59,796 bases of DNA from Anaerolineae bacterium (GTDB lineage: Bacteria; Chloroflexota; Anaerolineae; Aggregatilineales; Phototrophicaceae), in assembly GCA_012270545.1 (NCBI GenBank), contig JAAXID010000132.1, positions 17,236-77,031 of the forward strand, written 5' to 3'. Positions 43,931-53,081 of the stretch are shown in pieces. The notes under the pieces are model-generated. The model saw only the letters and a program-made list of their open reading frames with translations. It did not search any database and was not told where the DNA came from. Numbering within the stretch: the first letter of the stretch is position 1; each line of letters starts with the position of its first letter. Position numbers and translations under genes: made by a program.

Positions 43931-44692
43931 ATGGCTTTCGAACAATCGGTATCTTGGTGGTGTTTTGCTCGGGAAGACATTGACCCGGTTGATTTGCTTC
44001 AGACATGCAAGGCGATCGGGTATACGGCAATGGAACTGGTACCGGTTGACAAGTTCCAGTTGGTGCGGGATCACGGCCTGACGATCGCGACGCATCAGCT
44101 GCATGTTCCGATACCCGCAGGCATCAACAATCCGGAGAATTGGGACGATATCAAACGGCAGTCGGATGCCAGCCTCAAGCTGGCTCAGGAATGGGATATC
44201 CCCTTCTTGATCGCCTTCAGCGGCAACCGTGATGGCCTGGATGATGAGCGCGGCGCCGCAAACGCGATCAAGCATCTGGAGTTGTTGGCGCGCGATGCCG
44301 AATCAGCCGGCGTCGTTCTGCTCCTCGAATTGCTCAACAGCAAGGTGAACCATCCCGATTATCAGTGTGATCGGACGGCTTGGGGTGTGCAGGTGGTGTC
44401 GGCGGTGGGTTCGCCCAAGGCCCGCCTGCTTTACGATATCTATCACATGCAGGTGATGGAGGGCGATGTTATTCAGACGATCCGCGATTACAATCAGTGG
44501 TTCGCGCATTATCACACGGCCGGCGTGCCTGGGCGAAATGAGCTAAGCGAGACGCAGGAACTCAATTACGGCGCCATCTGTCGCGCGATTGCCGAGACCG
44601 GTTTCACGGGCTATGTCGGTCAAGAATTTGTTCCAGTCGGCGATTGGAAGGCGGGGCTGCAGCAGGCTTATGATGTCTGCAATGTGAATTAG
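43931..44692 (+). CDS. Hydroxypyruvate isomerase-like (xylose isomerase-like TIM barrel) protein
   Basis: 253 aa. …LLELLN…LYDIYHMQVMEGD…HYHTAGVPGRNE…GYVGQEF… matches the Hyi-family pattern. It starts 4 nt after recJ. Confidence 0.75.
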   Translation: MAFEQSVSWWCFAREDIDPVDLLQTCKAIGYTAMELVPVDKFQLVRDHGLTIATHQLHVPIPAGINNPENWDDIKRQSDASLKLAQEWDIPFLIAFSGNRDGLDDERGAANAIKHLELLARDAESAGVVLLLELLNSKVNHPDYQCDRTAWGVQVVSAVGSPKARLLYDIYHMQVMEGDVIQTIRDYNQWFAHYHTAGVPGRNELSETQELNYGAICRAIAETGFTGYVGQEFVPVGDWKAGLQQAYDVCNVN

Positions 44693-44705
44693 CGGCTTCC
44701 GGCGC

Positions 44706-45632
44706 TCAATACGATCCGCGATGCGGGAAGCGGCGTAACAGACCCGTGGGCTTGCGATATTGCTGCAGCAGGGCGATTCCCCCGACGATAACAATCATGC
44801 CGAGCACCATCGTGCTTGTTATCTCTTCGCCCAAGAGCAATACGCCGCCGATGCCCGCCACAATCGGGATGATATAAGTCGTCATCACCGCCGGTGTGGC
44901 GCCGAAGCGCTTGATATTGTAGAAGGACAAGAGCAAGCCGAGGAAGGTCCCCACGACTGCCGAATAGATCAGAGCCAGGACGCCCGCCGCGTCAACCGCG
45001 CTGACATCGAAACCGACGGTCAAGAGGGAGAATGGCGTCACAGCCAGCGCCGTCGTAAAGATGCGGATGCTGCCGACATCGTAAGCGTCATAGCCACGCA
45101 AGTATTTTCGGGCGTAAATGATCATCACCGCGCTGAAAACCATCGCAACTGTGACGAGCAGGTAGCCAGTCGGCACGGCCTCGGTCACATCCGGCAAGCC
45201 ATCCTCGCCGCTCAAGGCAAGCAGCAGCGCGCCACCCAGAGCCAAGGTCACGCCGATGGCCTTGCGCCGATTTAGCAATTCGTCCGGCAGAACGAAATGC
45301 GCCAGGCAGACAGTGAGCGCCGGTCCAGTCGACAGCAGCAAGGAGGTGACCCCGCTTGACTGGTACTGCAGCGCGCTGATCACGCAAACCATAGGCACGG
45401 CCGTACCAAACAGGCCGAGTAAACCGGCGCGCTTCCAAACCTCAGGGTTGCGCGGCAGGCGGCGGCCGGTGGCAATGGCGTAGACCAATAGCGCCATCCC
45501 GCTGGAAATGATCATGCGGATGCCGATGTATGTCGTAGGTTCAAATTGGCCCAGGCTGAAGCGGGAAACCACCATTGACGAGCCGAAGAAAAAGGCGAGC
45601 AAAGCAACATAGGGTAGGGCGGCAATATTCAA
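44706..45632 (-). CDS. DMT-superfamily (EamA-like) transporter
   Basis: 308 aa, about 10 TM segments in two similar halves. Confidence 0.8.
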   Translation of the reverse strand: MNIAALPYVALLAFFFGSSMVVSRFSLGQFEPTTYIGIRMIISSGMALLVYAIATGRRLPRNPEVWKRAGLLGLFGTAVPMVCVISALQYQSSGVTSLLLSTGPALTVCLAHFVLPDELLNRRKAIGVTLALGGALLLALSGEDGLPDVTEAVPTGYLLVTVAMVFSAVMIIYARKYLRGYDAYDVGSIRIFTTALAVTPFSLLTVGFDVSAVDAAGVLALIYSAVVGTFLGLLLSFYNIKRFGATPAVMTTYIIPIVAGIGGVLLLGEEITSTMVLGMIVIVGGIALLQQYRKPTGLLRRFPHRGSY

Positions 45633-45756
45633 ATGAGGCGTCCCCGCGTGGGTGAGCTAACAGGCGGGGAGTATACATGAGCGGATGGAGAATGTGTAAT
45701 GCGGATTATCCGCTGATGCGTCGCTCAGAGCCTTGACTGTTTGCTGGCTCTTATGC

Positions 45757-47124
45757 TTACAACCGCCGCCGTGGCGCCGCGTATTCTTCGGGCGTATCCA
45801 TCTCGTCCATCCAACGGACGAACTTGGCCTGCATCAATTGACAGATATCGGGCCGCTTCCCCGCCAGATTGTGCTGATGCGCCGGATCATTGAGGGCGTC
45901 GTACAACTCGATTGGCTCGCCTTCCAGCGCGTAGAAGAAATCCCATTCGCCGTCGCGGATTGTGCTGGGCGACACTTCAACCACGACGCGTTCGCTGTCG
46001 TCAACGATTAGCGTGGTGTTGCCGGCGATATCGACCAGCGATTGCGAGGTCACCACGATCTCATGCAGCCGGTCGACCTGGCCCTGAGCCAGCGGCAGCA
46101 GAGATTTCGCCTGAACGCGCGCGGGTTTTTGGATGCCCGCCAGTTCCAGCATGGTCGGCATGATGTCGGGGATGCTCACCAGACCGGAAACCCGTTTGTG
46201 GTCATAGCCGGGTATCTTGGCGAAGAGCGGCACGTGAGTAATTTCATTGTGCTTTGGGCTGCGATAGGCGATCGCCCCCTGCTTAAAGCGCGCCATCGCT
46301 TCCATCACCGGAATCGTGTTGTCGGGCCAGCGGAAACGGCTCTTGCCGAAGACGCCGAACTCACCGAAGTAAAAGCCGTGGTCGGAGAGAAAAAAGATGG
46401 CGGTGTCGTCATAGACTCCGAGCGATTTCAGCCGGTCGATCAGCAAGCCAAACCAGCGATCGACCATGGTGATTTCGCCCATGTAGGTCGCTTTGGCGAT
46501 TTCGAGATCACGCTCGCTATAACCAGCGTCTTTCCAATCCCAGTAGGCGGGGTAGACCTGCTCGCCCCGATAATCCGGCATGTACGGTTTGACGTAATGC
46601 GCCGGCGGATCCCAGGGTTCGTGCGGGTCCCAGGCATCGATGTAGAGGAAGAACTTCTCTTCGTAATGCCGCTCGAGCCAATCCATCGCCGCTTTGAAAG
46701 TCTGCGGCGCGAAGCGGTCATCTTCTTCTTTCCAGAGGCTGGTGACATCGGGCCGGCCCGAAGCTTCGCGCTGACCGCGAATCCAGATGAAGTCATGGAA
46801 GCCGCGGTCGTAGCCATAGCCATTGCGGATCAGGAAAGGCGTGTCGCCGATGCCCATCGTTGTATAACCCGCCTTTGTCATGAGATCCGCCAAAGTGATC
46901 TCGTCCTGCGGCAGCGGTCCCCAGGTCAAGTAGGTGAAGGTGAAGCGGCCCGTGGCGATATCGGCGCGCGTCGGCACCGTGGGGAAGGAGGCGGCGTGGC
47001 AATCAGCAAAGACGAGGGCTTCTTGGGCGAATTGACTTAGGTATGGCGCAATGACTTGCCGATTGCCATAGGTCGGCAGATGGTCCGCCCTCAGCGTGTC
47101 AGTAACGACGCAGATGATGTTCAT
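45757..47124 (-). CDS. Sulfatase-family (alkaline phosphatase superfamily) hydrolase with Thr at the nucleophile position
   Basis: ATG at 47124 after AGGAG. N-terminal metal site VVTDTLRAD. The motif TVPTRADIATG aligns to the sulfatase CxPxRxxxxTG signature. Confidence 0.8.
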   Translation of the reverse strand: MNIICVVTDTLRADHLPTYGNRQVIAPYLSQFAQEALVFADCHAASFPTVPTRADIATGRFTFTYLTWGPLPQDEITLADLMTKAGYTTMGIGDTPFLIRNGYGYDRGFHDFIWIRGQREASGRPDVTSLWKEEDDRFAPQTFKAAMDWLERHYEEKFFLYIDAWDPHEPWDPPAHYVKPYMPDYRGEQVYPAYWDWKDAGYSERDLEIAKATYMGEITMVDRWFGLLIDRLKSLGVYDDTAIFFLSDHGFYFGEFGVFGKSRFRWPDNTIPVMEAMARFKQGAIAYRSPKHNEITHVPLFAKIPGYDHKRVSGLVSIPDIMPTMLELAGIQKPARVQAKSLLPLAQGQVDRLHEIVVTSQSLVDIAGNTTLIVDDSERVVVEVSPSTIRDGEWDFFYALEGEPIELYDALNDPAHQHNLAGKRPDICQLMQAKFVRWMDEMDTPEEYAAPRRRL

Positions 47125-47272
47125 GCGCTGGTTCTCCTGTCTGCTGGTTCTGTGTATAGTTACGCTCTCTGATCCCCCGCAATACCTCAACAATTCTCTT
47201 GCAGGTATAGACACTGTATGGATAGTGCGGCCTTTTCTGTGGTAGGGGGTATAAATGTTTCGAGCTGTCAGC

Positions 47273-48277
47273 CTATCCCTTCACCGCGCCGGACGCGAGC
47301 CCGCGGATCAGGTACTTCTGGAAGAAAATGATCACGACCAAGATCGGCAGGGTGACCGAAACGGAGCCGGCCGCCGCCAGCGTAACATGACCCGGGTCTT
47401 CGCCGCCGGTGAATTGCGCGATGCCGACTGGCAGGGTCCAGTTAATCTGCGTCAGGATGCGCGCCAGCAGGAAATCGTTATACGCGAGCAGCAATGTGAA
47501 CAAGCCGGTGGTGATAATGCCGGGCCACATAATTGGCACGATCACCGAGAGGAAGGATTTCAGCCGACCGGCGCCGTCGATCATCGCCGCCTCTTCGATT
47601 TCTCGCGGTATCTCCATGAAGAAGCTGCGCAGCATCCAGATGGTGAAGGGTTGATTGACCGCTACCAAACAGAAGATGAGCAGAATATGGGTGTCGTACA
47701 AGCCGGAAAGCTGACCTAGATAGTAGAAGGGCAAGACCAGCGCCAGGCTCGGCAGCGAGCGGAAGGCCAGCGCAACCACCAGGATATAGACGGAGACGAC
47801 ATGACGGAAACGCGCCAGCCCATAACCGGCCAGCGCGCCGATGCTCAGGGAGATGCATAAGGTGCCGACCGTGACGATTACGCTGTTGATCAGGTAATCG
47901 TAGAACTCGGCCGTGTTGACGATCTCCGGCAATGCCAGCGCGACTACGACGCCGGCGAAGATGCAGCCGAGGTAAACAACTGAGTTGGGCGCAGGGATGC
48001 GATTCGCGGACAGCGCGATGGCGGCTAGGATGAAGAATACGAGGATCAGCGCCAAGCCATACGGCGCAAATTCTTCCGGCTCTATATTCAGCCAAAGTTC
48101 CGAATAATTCTCGCCCGTGGGTGAGAATAGGAAGCGCGGAATTCTGGCGTTGGCGTCCTTCGGCAGTTTGACGGAGTTCATGATCGTCCAGGCGAAGGGC
48201 AGGACGTTGTATACCGTGAACAGCGCCAGCGCGATATAGATTAGGTATCGCGCGATCGAGTTGTCTGTCCGTGTCAT
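47273..48277 (-). CDS. Carbohydrate ABC transporter permease (CUT1, MalG-like)
   Basis: 334 aa, multi-TM, with EAA loop EIEEAAMIDGAGRLKSFLSVIVP. Its start overlaps the upstream stop (TAATG). Confidence 0.85.
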   Translation of the reverse strand: MTRTDNSIARYLIYIALALFTVYNVLPFAWTIMNSVKLPKDANARIPRFLFSPTGENYSELWLNIEPEEFAPYGLALILVFFILAAIALSANRIPAPNSVVYLGCIFAGVVVALALPEIVNTAEFYDYLINSVIVTVGTLCISLSIGALAGYGLARFRHVVSVYILVVALAFRSLPSLALVLPFYYLGQLSGLYDTHILLIFCLVAVNQPFTIWMLRSFFMEIPREIEEAAMIDGAGRLKSFLSVIVPIMWPGIITTGLFTLLLAYNDFLLARILTQINWTLPVGIAQFTGGEDPGHVTLAAAGSVSVTLPILVVIIFFQKYLIRGLASGAVKG

Positions 48278-49137
48278 TAGTCTTCCTCCGTCTGTTCGCG
48301 ATAAGTCATGACGAGGAATGGAATCAGGACGACGAAGATGCCGAGCACGGTGAGCACACTCATGGCATTGGCTTTGCCTAATCGCCCAAAGCTGAGCGCG
48401 ACCTGAAAGTTGTAATACATGATCGTCTCCGCATCATATATCGGGTTCTGCTGTGTCAACACGAAGACGCTGTCGAAGACGCGATAGGCATCCATGATCG
48501 AAATCAAGCCGATGAAGATGAAAAGCGAGCGCAGATGGGGAATGGCGACGTGCCAGAGCTGGCGCAGCCAGGTCGCGCCGTCAACGCGGGCCGCTTCCAG
48601 CGATTCCTGCGGCAGCGTCTGCAAGCCGGCGAAGAGCACAATCATGGCGAAGGGCGTCGCTGTCCAGATGCTATGGAAGATGATTAGCAGCGGCACCGTT
48701 GTACTGTTCATGAACAGGCGGTAGTCAAAGAGCTGCTGCATCCAGTACCAGTAGGGTCCGCCACGATCGAACATATCGCGGAAGATCAGCGTGCCGACGA
48801 CCGGCGTCATGACGAAAGGCACCAGCGCCGCGGCGATGAATACCCCGCGAAAACGCGTGATCTGATCGAGAAGCAGGGCGAACATCAAGCCGAGGACGAT
48901 GCGCGCGGGCACGGCTATGGCGATGAAGAGCAGCGTGAATTCTAGCGAATCCCAAAACTCAGGGTCGCCCAAGACCTCCTCATAGTTTTTAAAACCAATC
49001 CATAGCGGCTCATCGAGATTGCGGAAGGTGATGAAATGCATGCCCAGCACGATCGATGCCAGCAAGGGGAGGGTCATCAGCGACAGCATGATGAAGACGC
49101 TGGGACCGACGAAAAAACTGAAAGTTCCTCTATTCAT
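48277..49137 (-). CDS. Carbohydrate ABC transporter permease (CUT1, MalF-like)
   Basis: Internal ATG at 49137 (MNRGTFSFFVGPSVFIML…) preceded by GGAG. EAA loop LEAARVDGATWLRQLWHVAIP. The Arg-rich extension to 49302 overlaps the upstream gene. Confidence 0.85.
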   Translation of the reverse strand: MNRGTFSFFVGPSVFIMLSLMTLPLLASIVLGMHFITFRNLDEPLWIGFKNYEEVLGDPEFWDSLEFTLLFIAIAVPARIVLGLMFALLLDQITRFRGVFIAAALVPFVMTPVVGTLIFRDMFDRGGPYWYWMQQLFDYRLFMNSTTVPLLIIFHSIWTATPFAMIVLFAGLQTLPQESLEAARVDGATWLRQLWHVAIPHLRSLFIFIGLISIMDAYRVFDSVFVLTQQNPIYDAETIMYYNFQVALSFGRLGKANAMSVLTVLGIFVVLIPFLVMTYREQTEED

Positions 49138-49148
49138 AAGCAGCGCTC

Positions 49149-50081
49149 CTATTTCTTTTGCGCGGCGGCGGCTTCGATCACGTCGAGCGTGGCGGCGATG
49201 ACAGCGTCTGGTCGCTCGCGGAAAACTGCGTGGCCCGCCTTTACTGGCAGCACCTTTGCCTGTGTGGACAACCGCGCCTGCGAGTACTGCAGGGCGCGCC
49301 ACATCTGGCCGAGGCTCTGCCGATAGGGATCATCGCCCCACCAGTCTTGAGTCGCCACAACGATTGTCAGTGGAAGATCACCCAGTTTACCCTTGGAGCG
49401 CGCCTGAGCGTCGCTTGCGATGAGGTATTGATTCTGCCAATAGTATGTCCACCAGTAATTCGGATTATTTAGCAGGAGCTTCAAGTAGCGGTCGCTAAAT
49501 TGCTCCAGTAGTTCGGGACTTCGCCACTCGGCTATGTCGTCTTCCGTCAGCGTTTTGGCGCCCGCCTTTTCGGCGAAGCGACGCACCTGTTCCATCCGCT
49601 CGTACCGCTCTCGTGGATAACGCGCAGGGTAGGTCTGTGTCGCCCAGAGATCGTAATGCGGCGGGATGGCATCTACGAGGATCAGGCCAGCGACGCGCTC
49701 CGGGTGGTCGGCGGCGAAGATCTGCGCGACCGGCCCGCCACCCGACCAAGCCAGCAGAATGAACGGTTCTGCTTCGCCCAGCACGTCCAGCAGCGCGGCG
49801 AATTCATCAGCTTCGTTCTGAGCGCTGCGGTCGCTATTGGCCGGGTCGCTCCAAGCGATGCCGGCGCGGTCGTAGGCGCAGACGCGCGTATGAGCGGCCA
49901 GCGATTCCTGAAAGGCTCCCCAGCCGAGCGTCGTGCCGAGCCAACCGTTTTCCAGCCACACCGTCGGGCTTCCCTTGCCCATTTCGACGACATGAACGCC
50001 GCGCCCAGCGACATTGACGACTTCGCCCGGCGGTTCGCCCAAATCGAGAGATGCTGCCGGAATCCGTTTGTCTAATGACAT
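49149..50081 (-). CDS. Alpha/beta-fold hydrolase
   Basis: 310 aa with nucleophile-elbow-like LLAWSGGG. The HVVEMGKGSPTVWLENGW N-terminal strand pattern is typical of the fold. Confidence 0.7.
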   Translation of the reverse strand: MSLDKRIPAASLDLGEPPGEVVNVAGRGVHVVEMGKGSPTVWLENGWLGTTLGWGAFQESLAAHTRVCAYDRAGIAWSDPANSDRSAQNEADEFAALLDVLGEAEPFILLAWSGGGPVAQIFAADHPERVAGLILVDAIPPHYDLWATQTYPARYPRERYERMEQVRRFAEKAGAKTLTEDDIAEWRSPELLEQFSDRYLKLLLNNPNYWWTYYWQNQYLIASDAQARSKGKLGDLPLTIVVATQDWWGDDPYRQSLGQMWRALQYSQARLSTQAKVLPVKAGHAVFRERPDAVIAATLDVIEAAAAQKK

Positions 50082-50250
50082 TCATCTGCGCTCGCTGGCC
50101 ATCTCATCAAAGGCGAAAACGCTAACACAAAAGGGTCAGCCGCCGGCTGACCCCTACAAACAGAGTAGAAGATCTAGGAGCGAACCGGCGGTTCGCCCGC
50201 TTTTGCCGCAGACCGTTCGCCAAAGAAGCGACAGCGCGACCCGAAATAGG

Positions 50251-51534
50251 CTAGCCCTCGATGAACCCCTGAGCCGTTGCTTCGGCTGTGTAAGCCTCGG
50301 CGGCCGCATTCAGCAATTCCTCGGCGCTCATGTCGCCGGTCGCAATCTGCGGCAGCCACTGATCCCAAACCGGGTTCAATACCGCGCCGGTGGCGGGCAC
50401 AGGTGTACCCTCGACGCCGCCGGCGATGGTGGCGAAGACGGCTGGCAAGTAGCGCGCGTCAGCCTTGGCCGCCACGGCCTGGCGCGTGATCACACCATAG
50501 TTGGAACCACGCAGCATAGTTTCCTCATCCATCGCTTCCAAGATGACCTGGAAGACCAGATCAGGATCGTCATCAATGTTCGCCGGAATGCCGAGGCCGG
50601 CGCCGGTGCCGCCAGTCGCGCCATAGAGGCCATCTTCAGTCGCCTTGGGCGCGGGCGCGAATTCGATGCCACCTACGTAATCCGAGAAGTCCGGATCGTC
50701 CATAGCGGCGGCGCGGCTCGCCCAGGTGAAGGCCATCGCCAGTTCACCAGTCGCGATACCGATCTGGCTGTCATCGATGCTGTAGGTCAACCCTTCTTCG
50801 CCCATGCAGGCATCGACGATCTCGACCAGCTTCTCCAGCGCCATCACGCCTTCTTCGCTATTGAAAGCCGGGGTCATGTCATCATTGAGCGGCTTGCCGC
50901 CGAACGCGAGCAGCATATCGCCGAATTCGATGCGCCAAGCCCAGCCGGCGTGCAGCTGCGTCGTGAAGGGGATGACGATGCTGTCTTCGGCTTGCAACAC
51001 GCCACAGGCGGCGATGACATCGTCCCAGGTTTCGGGAACAGCGATGCCATGCTTCTCGAGCAGGTCGGGGCGATAGAAGAGGTGACGCGTATTCTGCTCC
51101 ATCGGCAAGCCATAAACGACGCCGTCGACCGACATGTCGGCGATGCCCAGAATGTCGGAGATCTGGTATTCGTCCTCGTATTTTTCGATCAGATCGTTGA
51201 GCGGCATCATCCAGCCTTCAGCGACGTAAGACTCGATATCGCCTTGGGTTACCATGATGATGTCGTAAGGCGAGGTGCCACCGGCGCCCAACGCCAGACG
51301 GAGCTGGTCGTGCGCCGAGCCGGAATCGAGCAGCTGCGTGTTAACATCGATATTGTCCACGGCGTTGCAGGCTTCGAGTTCATCTGCGTAGAAATCAATG
51401 ATAGGGTAGGTCCAGCCGATCATGTTGACCTGAGCGGCTGATTCCGGCGGCTCGATCATACAGCCGCCCGTATCCTGCGCGGCGACTGGCAGCACGAGCG
51501 CCAGCAGCGCGACTATTAGAAATGCCTTCTTCAT
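50251..51534 (-). CDS. ABC transporter extracellular sugar-binding protein (CUT1)
   Basis: Internal ATG at 51534 after GAAGGAGA. Signal peptide MKKAFLIVALLALVLPVAAQDTGGC, then an SBP family-1-like body. Confidence 0.85.
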   Translation of the reverse strand: MKKAFLIVALLALVLPVAAQDTGGCMIEPPESAAQVNMIGWTYPIIDFYADELEACNAVDNIDVNTQLLDSGSAHDQLRLALGAGGTSPYDIIMVTQGDIESYVAEGWMMPLNDLIEKYEDEYQISDILGIADMSVDGVVYGLPMEQNTRHLFYRPDLLEKHGIAVPETWDDVIAACGVLQAEDSIVIPFTTQLHAGWAWRIEFGDMLLAFGGKPLNDDMTPAFNSEEGVMALEKLVEIVDACMGEEGLTYSIDDSQIGIATGELAMAFTWASRAAAMDDPDFSDYVGGIEFAPAPKATEDGLYGATGGTGAGLGIPANIDDDPDLVFQVILEAMDEETMLRGSNYGVITRQAVAAKADARYLPAVFATIAGGVEGTPVPATGAVLNPVWDQWLPQIATGDMSAEELLNAAAEAYTAEATAQGFIEG

Positions 51535-51666
51535 GGAATGTCTCCTTCGTGAGTCTCTTACCGAATCAGAAGTGAATAAAGGCGCGTATAACAAGGCGGT
51601 GCAACGCGCCAGCACACTGAATGTACCGCATCGCCGGCTTCATTCCAAGTCGTAAGGCCTATTGTG

Positions 51667-51923
51667 CAGGGCAATCGCTTCAAATTATCTTTCACCACAA
51701 AGAACACAAAGGTTAAGTTTGAAATGGTTCTTCGCATTCTCAAAGGGCAGGAAATTAGTCTTTAGCCCCTCGCTGAATCTCATTTTTAGGTAATAAATTA
51801 GTCGATATGTTCAATTAATGGCTTTTCTTCTGTGCTCTCTGTGTGTCCTCTGTTTCCTCTGTGGTTGAATTTCTGCTTGTTATTCTCGTCGCTGCGGATT
51901 TCAATTTTTGAGCGATTGCCCTG
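51667..51923. repeat. Palindromic MITE-like element built from two inverted family-2 (CACAGAG) repeats
   Basis: The outer 13-nt inverted repeat is CAGGGCAATCGCT (51667-51679) and AGCGATTGCCCTG (51911-51923). The inner arms are TTCACCACAAAGAACACAAAGG (51691-) and CCTCTGTTTCCTCTGTGGTTGAA (51847-51869). The centre is AT-rich. Confidence 0.5.
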
Positions 51924-51971
51924 GCCTATTGCGCTGGCGAAATTTCTTGCTGCATTTGGGCGTGGGGATGG

Positions 51972-52925
51972 CTACAAACCGCGGTACGCGCGATACCACT
52001 CCCAAGTCTGCCGCAAGCCATCACGGATGGAGACGGACGGCGCAAATCCCAGCAACTCGCGCGCCTTGCTATTGTCACAGAATGTGATCGGCGGGTCGCT
52101 CAGTGGTGTAGGTACACACACTGTATTGATATGTACCCCTGCATTTTCTTCGATGATCGCGACGAAGTCTTTCAGGGATATGGGCGCGCCGCAGCCCAGG
52201 TTGATGATTTCGTAGCCGAGCGGTTTGTCGAGCGCCGCCACCACGCCCTTCACCGTGTCGGCAATATAAGTCCAGTCGCGCTGGATATCGCCGCCGTTGA
52301 AAAGCTTGATTTCTTCGCCGGTTTGCGTCGCTTCCATCAGCCGCCAAGGCATCATGTCCGGTCGCCCGGCGGGACCGTATACGTTGAAGAAGCGCAGCGC
52401 CGTCACCTGCATATCGCCGAGGTTGTGGTAGGTGTGCGCGAGCAACTCGGCGGCGCGTTTGCTCGCGGGGTAGGCGGCCAGCGGGCGGTCGGCGGTGTCG
52501 CTCTCGACGAAGGGGAGAATCTTCGTCTTGCCGTAGACGGACGAAGTTGAGGCCAGCACGAACTGCGCGATTTTGGCTTTTTTGGACGCCTCCAACAGGT
52601 TCAGCGTGCCAGTGACGTTGACCTCCATGTAGAGGCGCGTTTGTAGAACGCTTTCGCGTACGCCAGCCATCGCCGCCAGGTGCGCAACGTGGCTGATGCC
52701 CTGCTCGGCGAAAAGGCGATCAACGAATGTCGCGTCGCGGATATCGCCCTCAATAATGACGCAGTTGTCGTAGTGGCTCAGGCGCTCGGCGTTTCGGCGT
52801 TTGATGGCGGGATCATAATAGTCGTTGAAGTTGTCGATGATGACTGTGCGTTCGCCACGCTTGAGCAGCGCTTCGGCGACATGCCCCCCGATGAAACCGG
52901 CCCCGCCCGTAACGAGATAGGTCAT
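51972..52925 (-). CDS. NAD-dependent nucleotide-sugar epimerase/dehydratase (UDP-glucuronate 4-epimerase-like)
   Basis: 317 aa with TGGAGFIGGHV and YPASKRAAE (YxxxK). Extended-SDR length. Confidence 0.85.
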   Translation of the reverse strand: MTYLVTGGAGFIGGHVAEALLKRGERTVIIDNFNDYYDPAIKRRNAERLSHYDNCVIIEGDIRDATFVDRLFAEQGISHVAHLAAMAGVRESVLQTRLYMEVNVTGTLNLLEASKKAKIAQFVLASTSSVYGKTKILPFVESDTADRPLAAYPASKRAAELLAHTYHNLGDMQVTALRFFNVYGPAGRPDMMPWRLMEATQTGEEIKLFNGGDIQRDWTYIADTVKGVVAALDKPLGYEIINLGCGAPISLKDFVAIIEENAGVHINTVCVPTPLSDPPITFCDNSKARELLGFAPSVSIRDGLRQTWEWYRAYRGL

Positions 52926-53081
52926 GCCACATTGTCCTTTTCTCCGCAGCCAATCAGGTTGAGCCCGCCTTACCAGAGACTATACACATGGAATCGGCTC
53001 ATCACTCGCTGCGAATCGATGATGATGCCCCCAATGCGTAGGGGTTTGAGCGCCGTGTCCGTCGCCAGCATGGCTGTCCCG

